From: Octopus vulgaris
Lineage: Eukaryota
NCBI GenBank assembly: GCA_951406725.2
Contig: OX597826.1
Coordinates: 56,296,001 to 56,360,000, forward strand
Length of the DNA: 64,000 bases
Direction of reading: 5' to 3'
Below are positions 26,471-39,240 of this stretch, one piece after another (within the stretch, counting starts at the first letter, position 1; each line of letters begins with the position of its first letter). The notes below the pieces were generated by a model. It was given only the letters and a program-made list of their open reading frames with translations. It made no database searches and was not told where the DNA came from. The position numbers were made by a program, and so were the translations under genes.

Positions 26471-26764
26471 TTGTATTTGTGTTTGCCTCGCGTGACTTCT
26501 TAAGAACCAGTGTGGGTTGGTTTCTTTAACTCCTCATAGGTCAATGAGTGAAGCAAGTACAATACAATTAGAAAAAACATAATTAGTAATCATGTAGCAA
26601 CAATCATTAAAGTCTATGTCTGCCTGATTCAGTCTCAGATGAACATATTAAATGTTTCATCTTTGCATTTGCTGAACGTCACTTATTACAACAACGATCC
26701 CCAAATATTGCTTGTACTGAATGATATGAATGTAGTATCATAACTATGTATGGATGTAGTTATA

Positions 26765-27045
26765 AGGCGGCGAGCTGGCAGAATCGTTAGCACGCCGGGC
26801 GAAATGCTTAGCGGTATTTCGGCTGCCGTTACGTTGTGAGTTCAAATTCCGCCGAGGTCGACTTTGCCTTTCATCCTTTCGGAGTCGATAAATTAAGTAC
26901 CAGTTAAGCACTGGGGTCGATATAATCGACTTAATACTTATGTCTGACCATGTTTGTCTCTATGTTTAGCCCCTTGTGGGTAATAAAGAAATAGGTATTT
27001 CGTCCGCCGCTGCGTTCTGAGTTTAAATTCCGCCGGGTAATAAGA
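26765..27045 (+). mobile_element. SINE family A (A2) followed by a short second body
   Basis: Junction AAAGAAATA|GGTATTTCG at 26993/26994; TATGGATGTAGT flanks. Confidence 0.92.
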
Positions 27046-27269
27046 AAACATATATATGGATGTAGTATCATATGGATGTAGTATCATCTATACACTGGAC
27101 AGAAGGTCTCAGTGTATAGATAACTTCATGCCACATAAATAGATAGCATCGAAAAAGATTGGTTGGTGAGAGGCGAGAAAATGCTGTTGATTATCCGTTT
27201 ACACACACACACACATACATGTATATATATTCATATATATGTAAGCTCATGTATATATTCTTTTATTCT

Positions 27270-27487
27270 TTCATTCTTTCATTCCTTTACTTGTTTCACT
27301 CATTTGACTGCGGCCATGATGGAACACCGCTTTGAATGTTTTTAATCGAACAAATCGACTCCAGGACTTACTTTTTAAGCCCAGTACTTATTCCATCGGC
27401 TTTTTTGCCGAACTGCAAAGTTACGGGGACGCAAACGCACTAACATTAGTTATCAAGCTGTGATGGGAGACAAATAAAGACACAAAG

Positions 27488-27575
<88 letters not shown>

Positions 27576-27745
27576 TCGACAGGTTTCTTTCAGTTTCTGT
27601 CTACCAAATCCACTCACAGGGCTTTGGTTGGCCTGAGGCTATAGTAGAAGATACTTGCCTTGCCCAAGGTGACATGAGTGGGACTGAACCCGGAACCATG
27701 TGGTTTTGGAAGCAAGCTTCTTACCACGTAGCCACGCCTGCGCCT
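27270..27745 (-). mobile_element. SINE family B with internal (TA)n(TG)n
   Basis: Reverse complement of the B sequence. Confidence 0.9.
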
Positions 27746-27828
27746 ATATGTGTGTGGATGTGTGTAAATGCATTTGTAAATGAATTTGTGGATGTGTGTG
27801 TGTGTGTGTGTGTGTGTTTGTGTGCTCT

Positions 27829-28380
27829 TGAAGACGAAGAAGAAGACGAAGAAGAAAAAGAAGAAGAAGAAGAAGAAGAAGAAGAAGAAGAAGAAGAAGG
27901 AGGAGGAGGAGGAGGAGAAGAAGAAGAAGAAGAAGAAGAAGAAGAAGAAGAAGAAGAAGAAGAAGAAGAAGAAGAAGAAGAAGAAGAAGAAGAAGAAGGG
28001 CAAATATAGAAGCATTTTGGAGGAGTAAAGAAGAATGAGAGAGATGAAAGAATCCGCAGAAAGTAAGGAAAGAATGACGGAGGCGGGGTAGAAGGGGTCA
28101 CATGTAAGAAAAGTAACAAGACTGACGATTGTTTGGGGTTCGGAGGAAAGAAAATGTGAGTATGGGGGTAGAAATACTTGAAGCTGGGTAAGAGATAAGA
28201 CAAAGTAGGGGTGATGAGTGAGAGCGATAAAGAAATAGAGAAAGAGAAAGAGAAAGAGGGAGTTAAGGAGTCGGGATGAGGGTAACAGTAAAGAATAAGG
28301 GGAGAGGAAAATGGCGGAGAGTGGTTTGGAGTTTGAGAGATAAAGGGGGGGGAGAGGAAGAGGAGGTGAAAGGATGAAGT
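27829..28380 (+). repeat. (GAA)n/(GGA)n tract and polypurine tail
   Basis: Direct reading; similar polypurine zone at 43560-44070. Confidence 0.93.
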
Positions 28381-28872
28381 TGATGTCATGAGTTGATTGA
28401 AATGTAATCAGTCTGCCAGTTCGGTCGTCCGTCAAACAGTCACGTCACCCACCGCAATCACCGCCGCCATCTCCACCTCACGTTGCCAACGTTACCTATA
28501 TTAAGTCTTACGTGCTCAGCCGAATATTCACCATCATCTCCAACACTACCGCCATCTTTCCACCACTGTTATCGTCGCCAATACCACTAGTAACTCCAAC
28601 CCCCAACATTCTCTCTTCTCCTCCTCCACCATCCCTCTCTCTCTCTCTCCCTCTCTCTCTTCCCCCCTTTTCTTTCGCTTTCTCTCGCTGCCCAGTCGTT
28701 ATGCCGACTGACTCTCCAATTTCTTTGACACCATGAATAATTTAACAAGAAAGTTAGTTAAGTCTCCACATCTGGATCTTGTTTAGCGATGGAAAAGATG
28801 TCAATCTTGGGCAAGAAAATAAGAGAAAGTTCGGAAAAAGTAAAAGACATGGAGGATGAAAGAAAGGAAGAT

Positions 28873-28920
<48 letters not shown>

Positions 28921-29043
28921 AGCAAAAAGAGAGGAAAGAAGAAAGAAAGGAAGGAAATGAAAGGAGATACAAAATTAACCCCATTTTCCGAATAATATGC
29001 GCATGTCTATATATCTACATATGAGTGTGCATGTACATATAAA

Positions 29044-29130
<87 letters not shown>

Positions 29131-29177
29131 GTATTTTATATATATATATATATAGTTGTATGCATAGATGTCTATAC

Positions 29178-29226
<49 letters not shown>

Positions 29227-29392
29227 CTTGTGTGTTTGTGTATATGTCTATATGTATGTGTATTTAAGTGCACATACATATAGGAGCTATATGTGTACGT
29301 GGCTGTGTATTTCGTGTGTGTGTGTGGTGTATGTGTATATGCGTGCGCGTGCCTGAATATATATATATATATAAATATATATATACGACTAC

Positions 29393-29429
<37 letters not shown>

Positions 29430-29739
29430 AGTGGGGGCTATATTGGATAGACATGATCGGGCGGCCGGACGATCAGCGAGAAGAGAGGATAGGTGGTATG
29501 GAGGGAAGTGAGTCGGGTGTGAGAGGTCAGGCGAATGGTAGGGCGATCGGCTGACCAGGCAGGCAGACGGACGGATGGACGAATGAACAAACGGGCAGTC
29601 TGCCATTTGATTGGTCTGTTCAAAACAGTTTTTGTAATTTGAGGAATGTTATGCAACGTCTGGTATCAGTGCTGGCCAAAAATGTTCGGATCCTCATTGC
29701 GAGGTACCGAAGAATCTAACCACGATCATTACATTCACA

Positions 29740-30190
29740 GGTGTTGGCTGTGTGATAAGAAGTTTTGCTTCCTAAACACATAATTCTGAGTTCAATCCCA
29801 GAGCGTGGCACGTTGGACAAGTGTCTTTTACTTTAACCACGGGCCAACCACAGACCTTGTGAGGGCATTTGGCAGACGGAAACTGAAAGAAACCCGTTGT
29901 AAGTGCGTGTGTGTCTGTGTGTGTGTATACATATATTTGGTAGACGGAAACTGAAAGAAGCCCATCGTTTATATATATGTTTGTGTGTCTGAGTTTGTCC
30001 CCCCACCAGCGCTTAACAACCGATATTGATGTGTTTACGTCCCCGTAAATTAGCGGTTCGGTAAAATAGACCGATTGAATAAGTACTATGCTTACTAAAA
30101 AATAAGACCCGGGCTCGATTTCTTCGACTAAAGGCGGTATCCCAGCATGGCCACTGTAAAATGACTGAAACAAGTAAAAGAATAAAATGA
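29740..30190 (+). mobile_element. SINE family B (internal partial duplication)
   Basis: AGACGGAAACTGAAAGAA present twice; normal tail. Confidence 0.88.
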
Positions 30191-30226
30191 AATAAAGTTA
30201 TTATTATTATTATTATTATTATTATT

Positions 30227-30775
30227 GAGTGAGAGAGCAGTGCATACCATCAAAGTTATACTGGGGTAAAATATACGAAGCCCAGTATACCTATCATGAC
30301 TACCCGTCTGATAAGGGTACACTAGGGACATGCATCACAACCATATGTACGCGACATGGTGATCTCATATCAAACAGCACATGACTTTGCAGTTGGGGGC
30401 CTAGTTAGAATTTTCTTCTGATCGAGTAACCCATCCCGCTCAAAAGGTCCCTGAGTAAGGGTTGTTTAAGGATGTTGAACGAACCACCAATGTTTCCAGA
30501 GGTGAATTCTCCAAAACTCTAAGAATTCCTTTCAACACATGGCTATGATATTTCCCCACTACTTCTCCTCGTGATCAGAGATGTACATATCGTCAGCCAC
30601 TAAGGAACATGGTCAACTGGTTAAGGTCAAACAACTGACCAGCAAATCTGTGGTATTGAGCAGAATATTTGCTGTAGCCCATCTTTTATACCAAGACAAA
30701 ACAATGTACATGATAACACTTTCAATCAGTTAAGATTGGAAGCCATGAGAGCCACTGCCTGGTACTGCATCAAGG

Positions 30776-30779
<4 letters not shown>
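30227..30779 (-). mobile_element. ~555-bp non-coding interspersed element (family D) embedded in (TAA)n
   Basis: Colinear end-to-end with 35961-36517; both copies flanked on both sides by TTA repeats; no TIR or tRNA head. Strand is inferred from the (AAT)n tail. Confidence 0.9.
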
Positions 30780-30867
<88 letters not shown>

Positions 30868-30870
<3 letters not shown>

Positions 30871-31273
30871 TTTTACTCTTTTACTTGTTTCAGTCATTTG
30901 ACTGCGGCCATGCTGGAGCACCACCTTTAATCGAGCAACTCGACCCCGGGACTTATTCTTTTGTAAGCCCAATACTTATTCTATCGGTCTGTTTTGCCGA
31001 ACCGCTAAGTAACGGGGACATAAACACACCAGCATCGGTTGTCAAGCAATGCTAGGGGGACAAACACAGACACACAAACACACACATGCATATATATATA
31101 TACATATATACGACGGGCTTCTTTCAGTTTCCGTCTACCAAATCCACTCACAAGGCTTTGGTCGGCCCGAGGCTATAGTAGAAGACACTTGCCCAAGGTG
31201 CCACTCAGTGGGACTGAACCCGGAACCATGTGGTTGGTAGACAAGCTACTTACCACACAGCCACTCCTGCGCC
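30868..31273 (-). mobile_element. SINE family B, full length
   Basis: Reverse complement of the B sequence; an older copy lies at ~31630-31970. Confidence 0.93.
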
Positions 31274-31315
<42 letters not shown>

Positions 31316-32021
31316 TATTATTATTATTATTATTATATTTATTCTACATTACTTCGATGCAGTTCGGTGCGACCCCAAAAACCTGGTATCGCCATTTGGC
31401 ATCATTAGGCTGTAGCCGGCGTAATGGAAAAGGAGCGTTTTTTGTCTATTCAGAACGTTTCCCGTAAACAGACTTCAAAGATATTATTCCAAATATATAT
31501 TTTGTTTATAGAACACGTCGTATTCGTTTTCTTGAACATCTCCTAGAACTTAAAGCCATGCCATTCATCATGAGCCATTATGCAAATGAGTTGTGCTATT
31601 AGCTGTCTTGCTTGTATTTAGATGTTTTGATTTTTACTTGTTCGAGTCATTGGAATGCGGCTTCGCTGAAGCCGCGCCTTGAAGCGAATAAATCGAACCC
31701 AGTACTTATTTTATTTTAAAGTCTGGGATTTATTCTGTCAGTTTTCTTTGTCGAACCGCAAAGTTACGGGTACGAAATAAGCCAACACCAGTCATCAAGC
31801 GGTGAAGGAAGACCAACACACACACACACAGATAAATATTACATGCATGACGACTTCCATACAGTTTCTATAATAGATGACACTTGCCCAAGGTGCTGTG
31901 CAGTGGAGTTGAACCCAAAACCATGTGGATGCAAAGTAATCTTCTTAATCGCATAGCTATGTCTGCGCCTATGATAAACGGCTTTACCCTACTTTCACTA
32001 TCTTGAAAGAGAAAGAAGAGT

Positions 32022-32060
32022 CAACCTGATGAGTCGTAAGAATAACGAAACTAGTCAGTA
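32022..32060 (+). ncRNA. Degenerate minimal hammerhead motif
   Basis: CTGATGA-GTCGT-AAGA-ATAAC-GAAAC-TA-GTC; intact core and palindromic ACTAGT, but stem I pairs poorly and stem II has a mismatch. Confidence 0.55.
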
Positions 32061-32430
32061 CCGATCTTCGTTCTCAAACACTGAAAGCTCACAGCGAGAC
32101 AAAGACATCTATTAAACAGATAAGATACTTTATATTTAATCATAACCCACGTTCTATAAATACTCTGGCAACGAATCTATTGTAAGCAGAATTACCAGTC
32201 AGCGAATGGTTCTGTAATTCCTTGATAGTTTAATTGGATTTGATTCTTATCTGCAATTACTGGCGCTGCGAGAGTGACGATATATATCATAACGATATAA
32301 TGATAAGGATTTTCTAAACTGAACGAGGAGTGAGAAATCCGGAAAGTATCAGCAGACTCGGTGTGTAGTTAACTAATAGATCATAGTTATAGCCTGGTCA
32401 GGCGGAGCAGCAATCTGATTCGGTTTTATA

Positions 32431-32650
32431 CCCTTTTGTTACCATACTTATTTTGAGATACACTGGGTTTCTTTCAATTACTTTAAATATAACAAAGAAT
32501 TTAGTAAAATAACTTAGTTATCATTAAGCTAGTGTTAGGAACATAAACTGTGACTAAGGTTTGGTGGAAGATTTTAATTCAAAACTTATAAAAACAAGAC
32601 ATTTGTACTCAGAGCCAGAGGTGGTTTCAGCCGGGTTGGTAACGAAAGGG
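32431..32650. mobile_element. piggyBac-like MITE (220 bp)
   Basis: TIRs CCCTTTTGTTACCA / TGGTAACGAAAGGG; flanks TATA and TTAC resemble decayed TTAA. Confidence 0.8.
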
Positions 32651-32688
32651 TTACCTATTTGTCAACAGCGAGAAATTTTTTACATAAC

Positions 32689-32754
32689 AAAGAGTTCCTC
32701 TCAGCACATGGCTATGATGCTCCCCGACTACTTCTGTTCGTGATCAGGGCATTT
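32689..32754 (-). mobile_element. Internally deleted family D fragment next to TTA repeats
   Basis: CACATGGCTATGATGCTCCCC...GTGATCAG joined directly to the terminus GGCATTT through ATCAG microhomology. Confidence 0.8.
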
Positions 32755-33559
32755 ACTATCATTATTATTATTATTATTTCTTTTAATTTCAGGTTTTAAC
32801 TCCAGGAGTTTTGCTTGCGCAGCTATCTGTACCATGCTATCTGTTCTTTTCATCTATCTAAAACTTTCTTAGTTATTTCTACTAAGCACTCTATTCCGAT
32901 TTCCTTAAAATTTCTCTTGATGCCCTCTGATACTGTCCCCCAAGAACCCAATAATAATTGGCACTATCTTCAGCGGAATTCCCCCCCCCCCATCCCCGCC
33001 GGAACGTCGTGGAGTTTATGTGTTTTTATGCTCAATAAACACTCACAATGCCCGGTCGGGAATCGAAACCGCGTTCTTACGACCGCGAGTCCGCTGCCCT
33101 AACCACTGGTCATTGCGCTTCCACTGTTGTTTTTGTTGTTGTTGCTGTGGTTATTGTTGTTGTTGTTTGTTGCATCAGTAACAATGAAATTACCAAACAG
33201 CTGATGATTGCTAAAATTTCACTTAGTTTAACTGCTCCACTTGTTTTGTATAATCGTCCTTTAATCATCCGCTTCTCAAGCTTTTTTCTTTTTTTTTTTT
33301 ATCTCTTCTTTGCTTCTTTCTTGTATTGTTTTGTCACTTATTCCATATTATTTGCTGTTTAATTGCGAAGAAGACGAGTAAAGAAAATAATACTTAAACA
33401 GTAAAATAAATATTTTACAGCACCAAATTGTACCAATAAATTCTGTCATATTCTTCCAACACACCACCGCTACCTGAGTTTAACTTCAGTTTCTGTTGCG
33501 TAAAACTGGCCAAAATACAAAGACTGGACATAAGTGAATCGAGTGAAATAATGAAAGAG

Positions 33560-33740
33560 CTTCTATGCAGTCGCTCGACTTGCTAGAAATAGCAGCCATA
33601 TCGCTCTCGAACAATGCTACCTTAAAAAAACGCATTAGTGTGGTATATGATATACATAGAATGGAGCACAGTTGGAACACGTGTGATCATGGTTCTACTC
33701 CATTATGGTTGACCTGGGATTAAATAACAACAAAATCTAA
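33560..33740 (+). mobile_element. Ancient SINE-like repeat (other traces ~3180-3340, 9720-9870, 35630-35850, 46480-46570, 51110-51190, 52500-52670, 55030-55170)
   Basis: Recurring motif GTCGCTCGACTTGCTAGAAATAGCAGCCA(A/T)AT or its reverse complement; other segments are more decayed. Confidence 0.6.
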
Positions 33741-33825
33741 AAATTTCGTGCCAATAAGGATTTCTATACGAGATTATTCGACCCGTTACCTTCAACGGAT
33801 ATTTGTCCTCATCTTGTTTGTTGTT

Positions 33826-33871
33826 AACACAACGTTTCGGCTGATAAACCCTCCAGCCTTCTTCAGGTGTC
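33826..33871 (-). ncRNA. Intact minimal type I hammerhead ribozyme (Penelope-like; host fragment ~33765-33930)
   Basis: Minus strand GACAC-CTGAAGA-A-GGCTG-gagggtttat-CAGCC-GAAAC-GTT^-GTGTT: 5-bp stem I, 5-bp stem II, loopless palindromic AACGTT stem III, GUU triplet. Confidence 0.85.
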
Positions 33872-33938
33872 TTGGGGAAATTTCGAGCCTGGGTTCTCAT
33901 TCCCAAGGTATTTTTCGATCGTTATCTTATGATCTCCG

Positions 33939-34037
33939 CGGCGAGCTGGCAGAAACTTTAGCACGCTGGGCGAAATGCTTAGCAGTATTTCGTCTGTCTT
34001 TACGTTCTGGGGTTCAAATTCCACCGAAGTCGACTTT
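33939..34037 (+). mobile_element. SINE family A 5' fragment running into (GGT)n (34037-34262)
   Basis: Head and B-box-like segment, ending at GTCGACTTT. Confidence 0.88.
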
Positions 34038-34409
34038 GGTGGTGGTAGTGGTGGTAGTGGTGGTAGTGGTGGTGGTGGTGGTGGTGGTGGTGGTGGTGGT
34101 GGTGGTGGTTGTGGCGGCGGCGGCGGTGGTGGTGGTGGTGGTGTGGTGGAGGTGGTCGGTGGTGGTGGTGGTCGGTGGTGGTGGTGGTGGTGGTGGTGGT
34201 CGGTGGTGGTGGTGGTCGGTGGTGGTGGTGGTGGTGGTCGTCGGTGGTGGTGGTGGTGGTGAGATTAATACTGTCGACATTCGGTTCGAATTCTGTGAGT
34301 TGATCTTGAAAGAAAAAAAACTGAAGAAAATTACTGTTGTCGCTGCTGTCGTCGTTTCGTTTCAAGTGAGTTCTGGACGAGAAGGCATTTGACCAAAGGA
34401 CATCCCACG

Positions 34410-34656
34410 TCTTCACACACATACACACACACATACACTCGCATACAAACATATACATACACATTCATGCACACACATACATACACACGCACACATACAC
34501 ACACGCATATACATACGCACACACATACGCACACATATACACACACTTATACAAACACAAACACACACATACACACATACGCACACAAATACAAACACAT
34601 ACACACATATACACACGCACACACATACGCACACATATACACACACATACACACAC

Positions 34657-34711
<55 letters not shown>

Positions 34712-34857
34712 GCACACATATACACACACATACAAACACAAACACACACATACACACATCCATGCACAAGCACACACACATACACACGTATACACACGTA
34801 TACACACGCACACACACATACGCACACATATACACACACATATACAAACATACACAT

Positions 34858-34907
<50 letters not shown>

Positions 34908-34910
34908 GCG
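34410..34910. repeat. Interrupted (CA)n tract
   Basis: Direct reading. Confidence 0.97.
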
Positions 34911-35030
34911 CACATTTATACTGACATTTTTTTCGTACATAAAATACTCACATTCTACCTTCATAAAACAAAATGGCAGACTGCAGTAAAAAGTGTTGCG
35001 CAAAATGAAGTGATGCGGTATATTTAGAGG

Positions 35031-35130
35031 TCATCGAAGGAGAGGGGCTTTCTCCGTCCGGGTTGCGGATCCGTGGAATAAGCTGCCAGGCGAGATAGTG
35101 AAGATGCCGACGACCGCTCGGTTCAAAGTT
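35031..35130 (+). mobile_element. CR1-type LINE fragment joined to a SINE B 3' tail (35134-35190)
   Basis: Near-identical to ~50540-50636 (RRRGAFSVRVADPWNKLP..). Confidence 0.88.
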
Positions 35131-35926
35131 TTTAAGGCGGTGCTCCAGCATGGCATCAGTCAAATTACTGAAACAAGTAAAAGAATAGAAACAGTCCTGG
35201 CGGCGAGCTGGCCAAATCGTTAGCACTCTGGACAAAATGCTTAGCGGCATTGCGTTCGATCCTTTACGTTCTGATTTCAAATGCTGCCGGGGTCGACTTT
35301 GCCTTTCATCTCTTCGGGATCGATCAAATAAGTACAAGCTAAGCCCTGGGATCGATGTCATCGACTTGGCCCCAACCCCGGAGCTGTCGATATTGTGCCA
35401 AAATTTAAAACCAGTGTTGCAAACAACAGTAACATTGATGAGTGTTTCATTGGCTGAACTCTAAGTTTATATTGTCTCATCTCTTGACCATAACAGAGAA
35501 GTGATGGTGGGCGAAACTGTCATTCTTATCCTTAAGTAAAACAGATGCTCACCCATTGATGGATACATGTGAAGATGAAAACAACGACAAGCAATTAATC
35601 CGAACGTAGCTCACATCGAGAAGGAACTTTCACGTGGTAGCATGACCTGCTAGAGATAGTAACCAAATCTCCACCTTCACCCCATCACCACCACCAAAAT
35701 CACCCAGCAAAATCACACCTTATCGTCTTACACAAAAGGAGATGAAGTATTCATATACGCGCTATGTCCGAAAACTAGTCACGGCAGTCACGTTCGGAAC
35801 GCTTTTCAGTGTAGCTCTCAACTAGGTCTCAGCAACAAACTACAGCAATAATATTCAATAAATTTCTTCCGCAAAGAGATGAATTCAATTTCAGACAAGA
35901 TATAAATTTATTATTATTATTATTAC

Positions 35927-35960
<34 letters not shown>

Positions 35961-36514
35961 GAGTGAGAGAGCAGTTCATGCCATCAAAGTGACACTGGGG
36001 TAAAATATACGAAGCCCAATATACCCATCATGACTACCCGTCTGATAAAGGTACACCAGGCACATGCATCACAACCATATGTGCGCGACATGGTGATCTC
36101 ATATTAAGATAAACAGCACATGACCTTGCAGGTGGGGCCCAGTTAGAATTTTCTTCAGGTTGAGTAGCCCATCCCGCTCAAACGGTCCCTGAATAAGGGT
36201 TGTTTAAGGATGTTGAAAGAACCACCCATGTTTCCAGAGGTGAACTATTCAAACCCCAAAGAATCCCTCTCAACACATGGCTATGATGCTCCCCCACTAC
36301 TTCTGCTCGTGATCAGAGATGCACATATCGTCAGCCACTAAGGGACATGCTCAACTGGTTAAGGTCAAACAACTGACAAGCAAATCTGTGGTATTGAGCA
36401 GAATATTTGCTGTAGCCCATCATATATACCAAGACAAAACAATGTACATGATAACACTTCCAATCAGTTAAGATCAGAAGCCATGAGAGCCACTGCCTGG
36501 TACTGCATCAGGGC

Positions 36515-36517
<3 letters not shown>
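35961..36517 (-). mobile_element. Family D element, second full copy in (TAA)n
   Basis: Same termini as 30227-30779. Confidence 0.92.
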
Positions 36518-36582
<65 letters not shown>

Positions 36583-36784
36583 CTTTTATTTCTTAGAATT
36601 TATATTTATTTTGTTAGTTATTTATTTACAACAGTTCAACAATCCAAATTGTTCCTTAAGGGACTGGACTTTCGATTTAATCGTTCAGAAGTTTGCGCAA
36701 TAATTTTTTTTTCCCATTCCATTCCTCGCTTGTCTTTCTTCTACCCTGTCTCCACCTTCTTTTGGTTTCTATTTAATATTCTTC

Positions 36785-36801
36785 GTTATCATCATGCTCA
36801 A

Positions 36802-36837
<36 letters not shown>

Positions 36838-36930
36838 TATTATTATTAGAGAAATCATCATTATCATCATCATCAGCATCATCAGCATCATTATTATTAT
36901 CATTACTATTATCTTAATCATTATTATTAC

Positions 36931-36984
<54 letters not shown>

Positions 36985-37004
36985 CATCATTATTGTTATT
37001 GTTG

Positions 37005-37053
<49 letters not shown>

Positions 37054-37105
37054 CACAATCATCATCATCACCATCATCATCATCATTATTATTAAAGAAA
37101 TCATT

Positions 37106-37137
<32 letters not shown>

Positions 37138-37289
37138 CATTATCATTATTATTATTATCATTATTATTAATTATTATTATTATTATTGAAACTACTACTA
37201 TTATCATCATTATTATTATCGTTGTTATTGTTGTTAGTATAATTATTATTGTCATTATTGTCTTTATTATTGTTACCCTTGTTATATCA

Positions 37290-37362
<73 letters not shown>

Positions 37363-37367
37363 ACTAC

Positions 37368-37419
<52 letters not shown>

Positions 37420-37434
37420 GTTACCGTTGTTATA

Positions 37435-37474
<40 letters not shown>

Positions 37475-37495
37475 CATTATTATTATTATTATTAT
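36785..37495. repeat. (ATT)n/(ATC)n compound microsatellite
   Basis: Direct reading. Confidence 0.98.
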
Positions 37496-38635
37496 GTCTT
37501 GCACCTGACTGTGTTCTCATGAGAATTTTTGTGTTTTGCTTTTTGTTTGATTGTTTGTTTGTCTTCTTTTCTTTTCTTTTCGTTATTTTTATTTTATTTT
37601 ATTTATTTATTTTTTTTTTGTTAAATAGTTTCACAAGACAGTTTTACCAAACTGATTTGTTATATAGCTTCGAAGCTACTCCATTTATTGAAATGACAAA
37701 AAGAACACACAAAAAAAAAAGAGCTAAAAAAAACCCGAAAAATTTTTAATAAATTTGGTGGAAGAAGAGAAGCGGGGGTGGGTGAGAAGAGACCGGGAGA
37801 GGCAGGGAGAGGAGAGGCAGGGAGGCAGGGAGAGGAGAGGCTGGGAGTGTGTATGAGGGTGTGGAGGGTGTGGTGGAGGGACAAAAATCATCGCAATATC
37901 ATGAATTTCCAGTGGCATCAGATCTTGCTTTAAATTCGTTGCTGTTTGCTTGCAGAACAATGTGAGGCATTAATTAATAATGTGAGGTGTTAATTAATAA
38001 TACAGTAATAAGGTGGCGGCGGCGGCGGAGGCGGCGGCGGTGGTGGTGGTGGTGGTGGTGGTGGTGGTGGTGGTAGTGGCGTCGGCGGCGGTGGCGGTGG
38101 CGGTGGCGGTGTCGGCAGTGGGAAACGGGTGAATAAAATATTCGACATTCATCTCGACGAAAGTGAAAGTAAGGAAAAGAATGAGAAAGAGTGAGAAATA
38201 GAACGTGAGTAAACGATGAATGAGTGAGAGAGAGAGAGAGAGAGATAAAGAGGAACAAATAAGGGAGAGACTAAGAGAGAGAGAGAGTAAATTAAATTTC
38301 CTTTTTAATTGTTTAAAATGGCTTATTGCTGTTGTAGTTGTTTTTGTAAAAATTATTATTGTGGGCGGCGACGACGCGATGGCGGCGATAGCGGCGGTTG
38401 GCGGCAGTTGGCGGCGGTTGGCGGCGGTTGGTGGCGGTTGGCGGCGGTTAGCGGCGATGGGGTACGGTCGTGATATTTGGGTAAGGATTATGACAATGAT
38501 TACGACGATGATTATGACGATGATAATGACGATGAAATTGTTACGATTGCCATTGGTTGTTGTTACAGTTGCTGTTGCTTTTTATAGTATTTGCTATTGC
38601 AGCGACGGTGGCAGCGGGTGTTGGTGTCGGTAAAG

Positions 38636-38637
<2 letters not shown>

Positions 38638-38690
<53 letters not shown>

Positions 38691-38695
38691 CAGCA

Positions 38696-38744
<49 letters not shown>

Positions 38745-38973
38745 TAGTAGTAGTAGCAGCAGTAGTAGTAGTAGTAGCAGCAGCAACAGTAGTAGTAGTA
38801 ATAGTAGTAGTAGCAGTAGTAGTAATAATAGTAGTAGTAGTAGTAGTAGTAGTAGTATCAGCAGCAGCAACAGTAGTAGTAGTAGTAATAGTAGTAGTAG
38901 CAGTAGTAGTAATAGTAGTAGTAGTAGTAGTAGTAGTAGTAGCAGCAGCAGCAGTAGTAGTACTAGCAGCAGC

Positions 38974-39019
<46 letters not shown>

Positions 39020-39240
39020 ACAGCAACGGAGGTGGCTGTTGAAAGGAAAAGTGAAGGCGATGACGGGTGTTCCTTTTTGGTGGTAGCGACGATGGTGGTG
39101 GCTGTAGTGGTGGTGGCGGTGGTGGTAGTTGTCGTCGTAGTGACCGTCGTGGTGATGACAGTGGTGGTGATGGTGACGGTGTTGGCCCTGGTGGTGGTTA
39201 CGGTGACGATCATAATGACGTCCATGATGATAATTGTTAC
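38638..39240. repeat. (AGT)n/(AGC)n grading into (GGT)n/(GAT)n
   Basis: Direct reading. Confidence 0.98.

Noticed and set aside
21404-26529. YIHT/MYVC/HTHT-type ORFs
   Set aside because: Translations of TATG, TA and TG repeats.
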